A DNA stretch of 64,000 bases from an uncultured Flavobacteriaceae bacterium (GCA_947502495.1 CANNAC010000001.1:618906-682905); one strand, 5' to 3'; shown: positions 20,918-31,457, numbered from the stretch's first letter. Notes: generated from the sequence alone by a model not told the origin. Translations and numbers: made by a program.

Positions 20918-22051
20918 CTAATAGTTTTTCCACCAATTGGTGTAGGTGTTAATAGTGTCTTTCACGTTAATGATTTCACCAATTTCAGGAGTAATAACTT
21001 CTAGGTTTAATGTTGCAGCTTTGGTTTTTACACGTTCTATTGGATCTGTCCAATCGTGCAAAGCTAGTTTAAAACCAGCCCAATGAATGGCCATTATTTT
21101 TTTAGCCTTGACATCTATTCCTGCTTGCGCAGTTTCTTCTGGCATCATGTGTATGTCCGGCCACATTTCATTGTATTGTCCGCATTCCATTAAAGCAAGA
21201 TCAAAAGGACCATATTTTTCACCAATTTGGGAAAAGTGTGGTGCGTAACCACTATCACCACTAAAGTAAATGTTTTCTGTTTTAGATTGTATCACCCAAG
21301 AACTCCATAAAGTACTTTGTGAATTATTAAATTTTCTTCCAGAAAAATGCTGTGCCGGAGTACAGACAAAAGTTAATGCTTCTAATTTTGTTTCTTCCCA
21401 CCAATCTAATTCGGTTATAATATCTGGGGAAACATGCCATGCTTTTAAATGTGCACCAACACCTAACGGCACATAAAAACGTTGTGTTTTGTCTTTTATT
21501 TTTAATATGGTTTCATAATCTAAATGATCATAATGGTCATGCGAAAATAGCACTGCATCTATTTGCGGTAGTTTTTCAATATCTAAAGGAAATTCTTCAT
21601 TAAATCGATTGCCACCAAGTAACGTATGCGGAGCAGCAACTTTTCCAAACATGGGATCTAATAAAATGTTTTTGCCGTCTATTTGTAATAAAAAAGAAGA
21701 ATGTCCGAACCAAATCATTCTAGCTTCGCCTTTATAATCGGCAACATTTGTCGAATCTATTTTATTTGCTTTTAAATTTTCATTAGGTCTTCCGTTTGGT
21801 ACTTTGGTGGTAAAAAAAGTGTAGGCTAGTTGTATCGTTTCCGAAAAGCTTAAGTCTTTAGGTACCGCTTTCGTATTGGTGAATTTTCCGTTATTAAACT
21901 GCTCCGATTCCTTATAAATTAGTTGTTGTTCTTTAGAAGTATCTCCACCAAAACTCGGATAATAAGTAGTAAACAAGAAATAGATTATTACTAAAAGACC
22001 AATAATACTAAGGATAGCTATCAACATGCGCTTTACAATTTTTTTAAGCAT
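20918..22051 (-). CDS. MBL-fold metallo-hydrolase, RomA/NAPE-PLD-like, membrane-anchored
   Basis: SHDHYDHLD, PAQHFSGR, SGDSGY, IHWAGF; CAT at 22106-22108 and CTA at 20918-20920 show minus strand (track says +); start MLKK at 22051 lies downstream of a minus-strand TATTTTTG at 22086-22093. Confidence 0.88.
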   Translation of the reverse strand: MLKKIVKRMLIAILSIIGLLVIIYFLFTTYYPSFGGDTSKEQQLIYKESEQFNNGKFTNTKAVPKDLSFSETIQLAYTFFTTKVPNGRPNENLKANKIDSTNVADYKGEARMIWFGHSSFLLQIDGKNILLDPMFGKVAAPHTLLGGNRFNEEFPLDIEKLPQIDAVLFSHDHYDHLDYETILKIKDKTQRFYVPLGVGAHLKAWHVSPDIITELDWWEETKLEALTFVCTPAQHFSGRKFNNSQSTLWSSWVIQSKTENIYFSGDSGYAPHFSQIGEKYGPFDLALMECGQYNEMWPDIHMMPEETAQAGIDVKAKKIMAIHWAGFKLALHDWTDPIERVKTKAATLNLEVITPEIGEIINVKDTINTYTNWWKNY

Positions 22052-22099
22052 TTTATTTAAGTTTACCGACATCGAGTTTGGTGCACAAAAATAATATGC

Positions 22100-22131
22100 G
22101 CTGTTCATTTATTTTAAAAGGAATGAACAGC
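22100..22131 (-). terminator. Hairpin downstream of the 22197-22613 gene
   Basis: GCTGTTCATT/AATGAACAGC inverted repeat. Confidence 0.55.
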
Positions 22132-22196
22132 ACAAAATTAGTACAATTATTAAGTATAATGGAATTTTAAAGGATAGATAATTATAGGCTTTATAT

Positions 22197-22613
22197 TTAA
22201 ACAGCAGCTAGCAATTCTGCTTTATCCAAAAGTTGTATGTTACCAATTAATTGGTCTTTAACTATAGACATCATCCGTTTGTTTAAAGCGGAAGAATTTT
22301 TAATGTAAATAAGATATTCTTCTGAGGTAAATAAGCCAATCATCATTCCTTTTAAGGCGTTTCTAAGCTTCATATCTTTTTGTAACGCATTTTCAATATA
22401 AAGGATGCGTTTTTCAATAGATAACTCGTAAAAAACGTTTTTATGCTTTTTGGTATAATTTTTAAAAACTTCAATAAATAAAGGTACTTGTAGTTTTGCT
22501 ATTGGTCTAAGTACAAGATTTTGAAAACGTTCGTCACTGCTCATATCTTCACTAATAATTATAGAAGCAATTTCTGGACGAGCTTGTTTTAAATTTAAGT
22601 CTCTAGTATTCAT
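22197..22613 (-). CDS. Conserved Bacteroidota hypothetical protein
   Basis: 138 aa; ERFQNLVLRPIAKLQ and KGMMIGLFTSEEY look family-conserved; function unknown. Confidence 0.75.
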   Translation of the reverse strand: MNTRDLNLKQARPEIASIIISEDMSSDERFQNLVLRPIAKLQVPLFIEVFKNYTKKHKNVFYELSIEKRILYIENALQKDMKLRNALKGMMIGLFTSEEYLIYIKNSSALNKRMMSIVKDQLIGNIQLLDKAELLAAV

Positions 22614-22674
22614 GGCTGTAAGTTTTTATTAAAATTAGATATTTTATAACCCTGAAAATAACATCCCATTTTTA

Positions 22675-22698
22675 CTTGTTAACCAGTTTATTAACAAG
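22675..22698. promoter_or_regulatory. Candidate operator in a divergent promoter region
   Basis: Perfect CTTGTTAA-N8-TTAACAAG inverted repeat. Confidence 0.4.
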
Positions 22699-22744
22699 CT
22701 ATATTTTGGTATCTTTACCTAAAGTTTTTCAATACAAATAAAAC

Positions 22745-23632
22745 ATGAAGTTTGGAAGCGTAGAACACCCAGAATTAATAGATTTTACATTACCTCAAGA
22801 TCATAAAGATACGCTTAGCGTTTTAAATAATGTAAAAGTAAAACAGGATCCAGAGATTTTTGTTGGTTGTGCAAAATGGAATAGAGCAGATTTAAAAGGC
22901 TTTTATCCAAGAGGTACTAAAGATGAATTGGGTTATTATTCTAGTCAGTTTAATGCCATCGAATTGAATGCTACGTTTTACAGAATTTTTTCTGCGGAAC
23001 AATTTGCAACTTGGTATGAAAAAACGCCAAAGGGATTTAAATTCTTTCCGAAGCTAAACCAAGAAATTAGCCATTGGAAACGTTTAAATGAAGTAGGAGA
23101 GGTTGTTAATAATTATCTCAATAATGCCGTTAATCTGAAAGAAAAATTAGGAACGATCTTTTTACAAATGCATAGTAATTTTGCTCCAAAGGATTTTAAT
23201 AAAGTTGTGGCCTTTGTCGAATCCTGGCCAAAAGAAATTCCTTTAGCAATAGAGTTTAGACATACCAATTGGTATAATGATGCTGCTGTTGCAGAAGACT
23301 TGTATTCGCTTTTGGAAGAAAACAATATCTCTAATGTTATTGTAGATACTGCTGGTAGAAGAGATTTAATGCATATGCGACTAACCAATAGCACTGCTTT
23401 TGTACGATATGTTGGTGCAAACCATGAAAGTGATTATGCAAGATTAGACGATTGGATTGAAAGGTTAAAAATATGGAACGAACAAGGTGTAAAGGAAATT
23501 GATTTTTTTATTCATCAAAATATTGAAAAAGAATCTCCTTTACTTTCTGCTTATTTTATTGAAAAATTAAACAAAGAATTAAACTGCAATCTTAAAATAC
23601 CAAATCAAGATTTGCAACAAAAACTATTATAA
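22745..23632 (+). CDS. DUF72 family protein
   Basis: YYSSQFNAIELNATFYR, AIEFRH, YVRYVG-type motifs. Confidence 0.9.
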   Translation: MKFGSVEHPELIDFTLPQDHKDTLSVLNNVKVKQDPEIFVGCAKWNRADLKGFYPRGTKDELGYYSSQFNAIELNATFYRIFSAEQFATWYEKTPKGFKFFPKLNQEISHWKRLNEVGEVVNNYLNNAVNLKEKLGTIFLQMHSNFAPKDFNKVVAFVESWPKEIPLAIEFRHTNWYNDAAVAEDLYSLLEENNISNVIVDTAGRRDLMHMRLTNSTAFVRYVGANHESDYARLDDWIERLKIWNEQGVKEIDFFIHQNIEKESPLLSAYFIEKLNKELNCNLKIPNQDLQQKLL

Positions 23633-23635
23633 TAT

Positions 23636-24025
23636 ATGAGATTTCATACAAGAAAATGGATAAAACCAGAAGATTTAAACCCAAACGGAACCTTATTTGG
23701 TGGTCGACTTTTAGAATGGATAGATGAAGAAGCTGCATTGTATACTATTGTGCAATTAGAGAATAGATTCATTGTTACTAAACTGATAACGGAAATAGAC
23801 TTTAAAAGTTCGGCAAGACAAGGGGATATTATAGAAATAGGTATTGAAGCTACAAAGTTTGGAAGGTCTTCTTTAACCATGCGTTGTGAAGTAAGAAATA
23901 TGATGACAAGAGAAACTATTATTACTATTGAGAAAATAGTAATGGTCAACTTAGATAAAGACGGAAAAGCTAACCCACACAACAAAACTAAGGTAGAATT
24001 TGTGGGAGATAGGTTAAACAATTAG
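23636..24025 (+). CDS. Hotdog-fold acyl-CoA thioesterase
   Basis: DLNPNGTLFGGRLLEWIDEEA, GRSSL. Confidence 0.9.
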   Translation: MRFHTRKWIKPEDLNPNGTLFGGRLLEWIDEEAALYTIVQLENRFIVTKLITEIDFKSSARQGDIIEIGIEATKFGRSSLTMRCEVRNMMTRETIITIEKIVMVNLDKDGKANPHNKTKVEFVGDRLNN

Positions 24026-24143
24026 TAATTAAACGAGTAAAAAAACAGAATAACGATAATAAGAGGAAGTTACAGTTTTAGTTAGCATATTGCAGCATAT
24101 TAATTGTTAGTACAACACTATCAATACGTTAAGAAAGAAAGAT

Positions 24144-25505
24144 ATGCTATTAATCACTTTTCGAAATGTAGTGTTTAACTATTTTTATAATTTTAAGCTC
24201 CATTTGTTTTTTTTGCTTGTTTTATTTAATAGTATAAACCTACATTCCCAAACTACCTCCATTCCCGACTCAACTTTTGAGCAAGCGCTTATTTCATTAA
24301 ATATAGATACCAACGGTTTAAATGGTAATATATTAAATAGTGATGCATCTTCTGTGACTTCGTTGTTTATTGGTAATATTGGTGTAACCGACCTTTCTGG
24401 AATAGAAGCTTTTAAAAACTTAAAATATTTGTTTGCTTATAATAATCATTTAACAACATTAGATTTAAGTTTTAATCCATATTTAGAAATATTAGATGCA
24501 GATAATAATGATTTATCTTTATTAAATGTGGCTTCCAATAGTGCCTTAAGAAGTATTTTTATTAGTAATAATAATTTGAGTAGTTTAGATGTTAGTAATA
24601 ATTCGCAATTACAATACTTATATTGCAATCTAAATAGCATTAGTATTTTAGACGTGTCTTCAAATCCGAATTTAAAAGATCTAAGATGTTACTATAATAA
24701 CCTTTCTAACCTAAACTTTGCAAGTAACTTAAATTTAGAGCATTTATTTATTTCTGAAAATAACTTAAGTACATTGGATGTTTCTGCAAATACTGCTTTG
24801 GAAACGTTAACATGCGATAACAATAACTTAAGTACTATAAATGTTTCTAGTAATGCTTCTTTAAGCTATTTAAGTTGCACAAATAACAATTTAAGTAATT
24901 TAGACATCAGTGGTAATACCGACTTAAAAAGATTACTTTGTAATAATAACAACCTTACCAGTCTTGATATAAGTAATACTTCCGATTTGTTTTTACTATA
25001 TACACAAAACAATCAAATTCAAAGTTTAGATATTTCTAATAATCCAGATGTGAAATATATAAATGCCGAGAATAACTTGTTAACGGATATAGATATTAGA
25101 AATGGAAATAACCATCGTATAAACCAGTTTGTCGTAACGCAAAACCAGAGTTTAACTTGTGTTTTTGTAGATAATACTTCTGCTAGTTATTTAAATGATT
25201 GGGAAGTAGATGCTACTTGTAATTTTGTTGCAGATGAAGGAGAATGTCAAACCTTGTCTACACAAGAAATAGCAGATATCAATTTTAAAATGTACCCTAA
25301 TCCGGTAACAACGCAAGTAAACATTCATTTAAATGTTCCTGCTGCACAATTAGCGTTGTACACCGTAAGCGGTCAGTTTCTTTTGGAAAAACAAATACAA
25401 CAAGGGAATAATACGTTAGATGTATCTAGCTTAAGTGGTGGTTTATATATAGCAACTATTATTACAGCAGATTCTACAAGTACTAAAAAGCTAGTAATAC
25501 AATAA
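24144..25505 (+). CDS. Leucine-rich-repeat protein with T9SS type A sorting domain
   Basis: About ten 21-aa LxxLxxxNNxLxxLD repeats; C-terminal MYPNP...GLYI...KKLVIQ CTD. Confidence 0.9.
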   Translation: MLLITFRNVVFNYFYNFKLHLFFLLVLFNSINLHSQTTSIPDSTFEQALISLNIDTNGLNGNILNSDASSVTSLFIGNIGVTDLSGIEAFKNLKYLFAYNNHLTTLDLSFNPYLEILDADNNDLSLLNVASNSALRSIFISNNNLSSLDVSNNSQLQYLYCNLNSISILDVSSNPNLKDLRCYYNNLSNLNFASNLNLEHLFISENNLSTLDVSANTALETLTCDNNNLSTINVSSNASLSYLSCTNNNLSNLDISGNTDLKRLLCNNNNLTSLDISNTSDLFLLYTQNNQIQSLDISNNPDVKYINAENNLLTDIDIRNGNNHRINQFVVTQNQSLTCVFVDNTSASYLNDWEVDATCNFVADEGECQTLSTQEIADINFKMYPNPVTTQVNIHLNVPAAQLALYTVSGQFLLEKQIQQGNNTLDVSSLSGGLYIATIITADSTSTKKLVIQ

Positions 25506-25507
25506 GT

Positions 25508-26677
25508 TTATTCGTTTAGTAACTCTTTAATTCTGTTTTCTAATGTGCTACCAGAAATTTTTCCGCTAGCAATTCGACCTTGTTTATCTACTAGCATTTT
25601 ATAGGGTATAGACTCTACGCCATATCTAAAAGCAATGGTTTTATTTTTATCTAGAATATGCGTATTCCAAGTTAGTTTGTCTGTTTCAATAGCACGCAAC
25701 CATTCTGGTGATCCTTTATCTTCACTAACGCTTAAAATAACAAGTCCTCTGTCTTTATATTTATTATATAATTGCACAAGATTTGGATTCGTAGCTCGGC
25801 AAGGAGCACACCAACTCGCCCAAAAATCGACAAGAACTACTTTTCCTTTTAAAGAAGCCAAAGACATGGTTTGCCCGTTAGTATTTGGCCCACTTAAGGT
25901 GTAAGCCATAGGTCTGTAGGTTTCCGTTTTACTTCGTTGCAGTTCTTTTTCTTCTAGACTAATAATATCTTTATGGATTAACTTAATAGCAGCCACATTT
26001 TTAATCTCATCAGTTAATGTATCGTGAAGCTTTCTTAAGTTTTCTGTAGAAAAACTATGATAATTTTCTTTTAAAACAAAAGGAGTAAAGTGCGAATTAT
26101 TATTCGCAGCAATAAATTCCATAACAAATGTTATTTTTTCAATTTGTAAGTTTTCTAAATCGGTATTTAGAATGGAAGTTCTTTTGTTTGCCGTTTGCGG
26201 AGATTTGTATTTTAAGAATAATGCACGTTCCTTATAATCAAAATCATCCATTTTAGATTTATAATCAAAATACACTTTTTGAGTATCCGAATTGGAAGAA
26301 GTAGAGGAAAGAAATAAATTGGTATTTAAAAACATATTTATTTCAGATGCATCTACTAAAAATTTGTACATCACATCACTTTCATCCACTTTAATCGCAT
26401 AAAACTCCGGTTGATTAGATATACCTTTATAAGTAAAAGCCTTTTCCTTAATAGAAATAGTATCCATTAAAGTAAGTGTATCGCTTTCTACTTTATAAAT
26501 ATAAGCCGTGTTTAAATGGTTGTTAAAAGTGGTTCCTCTAACAACAAATTCGTTTGCTAATAAAGCTTCCGGAGCTTTATTGTTTTCATTTACTGTTATA
26601 GACTTCTCTTTTTCACAGCTTGATAAAGCCAATAGTAAAAGAGAAAGTACTAGAAAATGAGGGAGTTTTTTTAGCAT
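25508..26677 (-). CDS. TlpA/ResA-type thiol-disulfide oxidoreductase lipoprotein (DUF4369-like N-terminus)
   Basis: Lipobox LSS-C; DFWASWCAPCR CxxC; YGVESIP cis-Pro loop. Confidence 0.88.
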   Translation of the reverse strand: MLKKLPHFLVLSLLLLALSSCEKEKSITVNENNKAPEALLANEFVVRGTTFNNHLNTAYIYKVESDTLTLMDTISIKEKAFTYKGISNQPEFYAIKVDESDVMYKFLVDASEINMFLNTNLFLSSTSSNSDTQKVYFDYKSKMDDFDYKERALFLKYKSPQTANKRTSILNTDLENLQIEKITFVMEFIAANNNSHFTPFVLKENYHSFSTENLRKLHDTLTDEIKNVAAIKLIHKDIISLEEKELQRSKTETYRPMAYTLSGPNTNGQTMSLASLKGKVVLVDFWASWCAPCRATNPNLVQLYNKYKDRGLVILSVSEDKGSPEWLRAIETDKLTWNTHILDKNKTIAFRYGVESIPYKMLVDKQGRIASGKISGSTLENRIKELLNE

Positions 26678-26705
26678 TTCAAAGTATATTTAATATGCTA
26701 TATTA

Positions 26706-26993
26706 CTAAATATTTTTTAGATATTTCTTTTCTATATAAAAAGTAGCAAACGGTAGAATAGAAGCTAGGAGTACAATAAACATTGTTTTTTTATTCCATT
26801 TATGCTCCATACCAAATAGAATTGCTAAAACAACATAAGCAACAAAAAGTAATCCATGAGGCATTCCTAATAGCTTTACAAAGTAATCATCCCCATTAGG
26901 CATGCGTTTATAAATAGCCGCAACCATTAGCAATAAGTAAGAAACACCTTCTAATATAGCCACTAAACGAAAAATATTTTTTAACGAAAACAT
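26706..26993 (-). CDS. DUF3817 membrane protein
   Basis: FRLVAILEGVSYLLL, GMPHGLLF, ASILPF. Confidence 0.85.
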   Translation of the reverse strand: MFSLKNIFRLVAILEGVSYLLLMVAAIYKRMPNGDDYFVKLLGMPHGLLFVAYVVLAILFGMEHKWNKKTMFIVLLASILPFATFYIEKKYLKNI

Positions 26994-27092
26994 ACATTTT
27001 AAATTTAAGAGGCAAAGATATTAATAGTTTTTTAACGTATCTTTAAAAATCAAGTTATTAAATTTAAAAGCTATTAATCAAACCAATTAAAA

Positions 27093-29948
27093 ATGAAACT
27101 AACTTCACTAGCGGTAGTGCTACTCGTACTTACCTGTATTTCATGCAAAAAAGAACCAGAACCAATCTCTCAAGAAGAAACCGTATTTAAGATCGATTAT
27201 GAAAAATTTGTTTTAGATAATGGATTAGAAGTGATATTACACGAAGATCATAGCGATCCCATTGTTGCTGTTGCAACGATGATGCATGTGGGATCTAATC
27301 GTGAAAAACCAGGAAAAACAGGGTTTGCTCATTTTTTTGAGCATATGAGTTTTAATGATTCTGAAAATGTTCCAGTTGGTGCAAACCGAAAAATGATTCC
27401 GGAATGGGGAGGAAGTCGAAATGGTGGAACTTGGAGCGATGGTACAGTATACTACGAAGTGGTACCTAAAGATGCCTTCGAAAAAATTCTGTGGATTGAC
27501 TCCGATCGTTTTGGTTACATGATTAATACCGTAACAAAAGAAGCTTTAGAACGCGAAAAGCAAGTGGTTAAAAATGAAAAACGACAACGTGTAGATAATG
27601 CGGCGTATGGTTATACCGATGAAATTATTAGAAAAAACCTATATCCAGAAGGACATCCTTATAGTTGGACGGTTATTGGTGCTTTGCCAGATTTACAAGC
27701 AGCAACTATTGATGATGTGAAGGAATTTTATAATCAATATTATGGAGCAAGCAATGCGTCTTTAGTGATTGCAGGAGATATCGATATAGAAGAAACCAAA
27801 GCGCTTGTAGAAAAATGGTTTGGAGAAATACCTAGCGGACCAGAAGTAGAGCAACTTCAGCCAGATCCCGTTCTATTAGAGGAAACAAAGTCTTTATTTT
27901 TTGAAGATAATTTTGCGAAACTTCCAGAACTAAGAATGGTCATTCCAACAGTAGAAGAATACCACGAAGATGTATATGCTTTACAAATTCTTGGACAACT
28001 TTTAAGCGGAAGTAAAAGTGCTCCGTTGTATAATGTGATAGTCGAAGAACAAAAACTGGCCCCTAATGTTGGTACATACCAATCTAGTAATGAAATAGCA
28101 GGAGAGTTTATTTTTATAATAAGAGCAAATGCGAATATTGATTTAGATGACGTTAAAAATGCAATAGAAGAAGGTTTAACCAAATTTGAAACGGATGGCG
28201 TTAATACAAGCGATTTAAAACGAATTAAAGCAGAATTAGAAACCAATTTATATCAAGGTATTAGTACCGTTTTAAACAAAGCTTTCCAATTAGTACAAGA
28301 CAACGAGTTTAAAGGAGATCCTGGTTTTGTTGTAGAAAGTGCGAAGCTAACCGAAGCGGTAACCGCAGAAGATGTAATGCGTGTGTACAACCAGTACATT
28401 AAAGATAAAAATTATGTAATGACCAGTGTTGTACCTAAAGGGCAAATAGATTTAGCTGTTTCAGATGCAAAACCAGCAACGGTTTGGTTAGAAAGAGTAC
28501 GATACAATGTCGCGAATGAAGAAGTTGGTCAAGGCGCCGAAGCGGTTTATGATAAAACAGAAACCAAACACGATAGAAGTGAACCTGCGTTTAGCGAACT
28601 TCCTTTATTTAAAGCACCAACCATTTGGACAGGTGTCCTAGAAAGCGGATTAAGTTTGTATGGTATAGAAAATTACGAAGTGCCTTTAGTAGAGTTTGAT
28701 ATTACCATTCCGGGCGGAGAATTATTAGATCCAATTGGTAAAGAAGGAGTCGCAAGTTTATTAAGTAATTTGATGATGGAAGGAACAGCAACCAAAACTC
28801 CTGCGCAATTAGAAGAAGCAATTGGTATGTTAGGTGCCTCGATAAGTATGTATAGTTCAAAAGAAGATTTTCATATAACAGGTTCTTGCTTAGTGAAGAA
28901 TTTTGAAGGAACCATGGCTTTAGTGAATGAAATTATATTAGAACCGCGTTGGGATGAAAAAGAATTTGAGCGCTTAAAATTAGCTTTAGAAACGAATTTA
29001 AAAGGACGAGAAGCCAATCCGAATGTGATTGCTTCCAATGTTTTTAATAAATTGATTTATGGAGATAATCATCGTTTTGGTATTTCAGGTTCCGGAACAT
29101 TACAAAGCACGAATGGGATTACTTTAAAGGATTTAAAATCGTATTACAATAACCTTTCTCCAAAAGAAGCTAAGTTTCATATTGCAGGTGCAATTACTAA
29201 AGACCAAACCGAAAATGTAGTTGGTGTTTTAAATACTTGGAATGGATACAAAATAGCAGTCCCACATTACAATTTACCTATTAGTAATAACCAAGGGAAG
29301 GTCTATTTTATTGATGTTCCAGACGCAAAACAATCTGTGATACAAATTGGGAAATTGGCAGTTGCTGCAAACGATAAGCATGCGAATAAACTTGAATTTG
29401 CTAATGAAATTTTAGGTGGTGGTTCTAGTGGTAGATTATTTCAAACCTTACGAATAGAAAAAGGATATACCTACGGCGCTTATTCTGGTTTTTCAAAAAG
29501 TAATGAAGTTGCACCTTTCACGGTAAGATCTAGTGTTAGAGCGAATGCAACTCTAAAGTCTTTAGAAATCATTAAAGAGATGCTAAGCAATTACCAAGCA
29601 AGTTTTACAGACACCGAAGTAGCCTTAACTAAAAATAAAATCCTAAAAGGAAATACGCGAGCTTTCGAAAGTTTAAGAGCGCAATTATCTGTTTTAAAAA
29701 ATATAAGTAAATACAATAAACTAGAAACCTATATTGTAGAGGAACAAGAGGAATTGGTAAACATGACTTTAGAAGATTATAAAACCACTATTAAAAACTA
29801 TTTAAACGAAGAAGAAATGATTTACGTGATTGTGGGAGATAGAAAAACACAATTATTAGAAATCGAAAAACTTGGAAAACCAATTATAGAATTAGATATT
29901 TATGGTAATCCAATAGCATTTGACAGATACGGAAACGTTATAGAGTAA
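27093..29948 (+). CDS. M16 (pitrilysin-family) zinc peptidase lipoprotein
   Basis: Inverted HFFEH zinc motif; LDNGL start; four-domain length; LFQTLRIEKGYTYGA. Confidence 0.92.
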   Translation: MKLTSLAVVLLVLTCISCKKEPEPISQEETVFKIDYEKFVLDNGLEVILHEDHSDPIVAVATMMHVGSNREKPGKTGFAHFFEHMSFNDSENVPVGANRKMIPEWGGSRNGGTWSDGTVYYEVVPKDAFEKILWIDSDRFGYMINTVTKEALEREKQVVKNEKRQRVDNAAYGYTDEIIRKNLYPEGHPYSWTVIGALPDLQAATIDDVKEFYNQYYGASNASLVIAGDIDIEETKALVEKWFGEIPSGPEVEQLQPDPVLLEETKSLFFEDNFAKLPELRMVIPTVEEYHEDVYALQILGQLLSGSKSAPLYNVIVEEQKLAPNVGTYQSSNEIAGEFIFIIRANANIDLDDVKNAIEEGLTKFETDGVNTSDLKRIKAELETNLYQGISTVLNKAFQLVQDNEFKGDPGFVVESAKLTEAVTAEDVMRVYNQYIKDKNYVMTSVVPKGQIDLAVSDAKPATVWLERVRYNVANEEVGQGAEAVYDKTETKHDRSEPAFSELPLFKAPTIWTGVLESGLSLYGIENYEVPLVEFDITIPGGELLDPIGKEGVASLLSNLMMEGTATKTPAQLEEAIGMLGASISMYSSKEDFHITGSCLVKNFEGTMALVNEIILEPRWDEKEFERLKLALETNLKGREANPNVIASNVFNKLIYGDNHRFGISGSGTLQSTNGITLKDLKSYYNNLSPKEAKFHIAGAITKDQTENVVGVLNTWNGYKIAVPHYNLPISNNQGKVYFIDVPDAKQSVIQIGKLAVAANDKHANKLEFANEILGGGSSGRLFQTLRIEKGYTYGAYSGFSKSNEVAPFTVRSSVRANATLKSLEIIKEMLSNYQASFTDTEVALTKNKILKGNTRAFESLRAQLSVLKNISKYNKLETYIVEEQEELVNMTLEDYKTTIKNYLNEEEMIYVIVGDRKTQLLEIEKLGKPIIELDIYGNPIAFDRYGNVIE

Positions 29949-29968
29949 GATCTATAAGCAATAAACAA

Positions 29969-30020
29969 AAATATAAAAAAAACGCAACCTAAATCATTAG
30001 GTTGCGTTTTTTTTATATTT
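29969..30020. terminator. Bidirectional terminator between convergent genes
   Basis: Perfect 24-bp inverted repeat (29969-29992 / 29997-30020), ATCA loop. Confidence 0.9.
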
Positions 30021-30034
30021 AAAAATAAAAGGTA

Positions 30035-30889
30035 TTAATTATCCGAAGCCATTAAAGCAAAAAACTTATCAATATTTGGTAAAATAATAATTCTAGTTCT
30101 TCGGTTTCTAGCTCTGTCTTCTCTTGTATCATTACTAACTAATGGCTGGTAACTACTACGTCCAGAAGCAATTAATTTTTCAGGAGCTACCTTGTATTGT
30201 TGTTGTAATTTTCTAACAACAGAAGTTGCTCTTAAAACACTCAAGTCCCAATTGTCTTGTAATTTATCTGTATTAATACTTCTAGCATCGGTATGGCCTT
30301 CTACCATCACATCAATACTAGATTCAGAGTTTACCACATCTGCTATTTTTTGTAAAATATCATTTGCTTTATTACTAATTCTATAGCTTCCAGAATTAAA
30401 TAACATTTTATCAGAAATAGAAATCATAACCACAGTTTCATCGATGCTAATTGCGATATCATCACTTTCATCAAAATCAGAATTGTTTATTCTTTTCTTT
30501 AAATTATAAGAAATCGCCAAGTCCATAGAATCTTTTAACGTTTTTGCCTGACTTACTAAATTAGGATCCACTTTAGTTAAAGTTTCACGCATCTTTACTT
30601 TCGTATTATTGGACATTACTGCAACATTAGCAACCGTTTCCATTTTAGTGTTGTTCTCTTCACTTAAAGAATTGTTTAAAGAAGCTAAAGTATTAATTTT
30701 AGTATTGTATTCATCTACACGCTCTTGGATAGCGGCAAACTTACCTTCAAGATCTTCTTTTGCTACTTTCGTTTTAGTTAGTTCACTTTTTATTTCTCCG
30801 TTTTCATGTTCTAAAGCAAGAAATTTCTTTTTAGATACACAAGACGTTAAAACAACAGCAACAAGTAATAATATTGAAAATTTTTTCAT
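30035..30889 (-). CDS. OmpA/MotB-family peptidoglycan-binding lipoprotein with coiled coil
   Basis: Lipobox LTS-C; VEGHTD, NWDLSVLRA and NRRTRII motifs. Confidence 0.88.
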   Translation of the reverse strand: MKKFSILLLVAVVLTSCVSKKKFLALEHENGEIKSELTKTKVAKEDLEGKFAAIQERVDEYNTKINTLASLNNSLSEENNTKMETVANVAVMSNNTKVKMRETLTKVDPNLVSQAKTLKDSMDLAISYNLKKRINNSDFDESDDIAISIDETVVMISISDKMLFNSGSYRISNKANDILQKIADVVNSESSIDVMVEGHTDARSINTDKLQDNWDLSVLRATSVVRKLQQQYKVAPEKLIASGRSSYQPLVSNDTREDRARNRRTRIIILPNIDKFFALMASDN

Positions 30890-31023
30890 AATAAATTTAT
30901 AGTTTTTGTTTTCTTTATGTACGCATAGAATCTAATAATAGATTATCGGTATAGCACTTTTTTATTTCCATAAAAAAAAGCTACCTAATAAAAGATTGCG
31001 TTTCAGTTATTTATGAGAATGAT

Positions 31024-31326
31024 TTATTCCGATAAAATCTCTAGATCTACAATGGTTAAGACTTCCATATTGTTTTCCATTTCATCCATAATCGTTTCTG
31101 AGGTGTACGTGATTTTAAAGGTCTGACCATTATATTTTTCATTAGAAAGATCAAATTTCTTAATAGCTTCTTCAGTCATAGCATCAAAAATATGCGTTTC
31201 ATCTGCATCATCACTAAAGTAATATACTTCATTTTCTATACCATCAAATATAGCGGTAACTGTTGTTTTTTCTTGCATACTAGAAAAAGACACAAGTGTA
31301 AATAAGATAATCCAAAACGTTTTCAT
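31024..31326 (-). CDS. Small acidic secreted hypothetical protein
   Basis: ATG at 31326 (MKTFWIILF) gives a signal peptide; the track's TTG extension is unlikely. Confidence 0.65.
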   Translation of the reverse strand: MKTFWIILFTLVSFSSMQEKTTVTAIFDGIENEVYYFSDDADETHIFDAMTEEAIKKFDLSNEKYNGQTFKITYTSETIMDEMENNMEVLTIVDLEILSE

Positions 31327-31457
31327 AGGTGTGTATTTAAAGTTATATGGTATATACGTTTTTGTAGAATCTTTAGACTTGCAGGCCATACCATTTAACA
31401 CAATTAACAATTTAAAATCTATTGGTGATTACTGCTAAACGATAGCTGCATATTTCA

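Noticed and set aside
20918-22051. Metallo-beta-lactamase resistance gene
   Set aside because: Motifs (PAQHFSGR, IHWAGF) match the RomA/NAPE-PLD-like branch, not class B beta-lactamases
30035-30889. Flagellar stator MotB
   Set aside because: Lipoprotein signal rather than MotB TM with conserved Asp; no motA or flagellar genes; generic OmpA-like PG-binding domain
30609-30902. 97-aa ORF labelled minus in the track
   Set aside because: It reads on the plus strand (TTG GAC ATT at 30609), antisense to the OmpA-family gene; shadow ORF with no coding features
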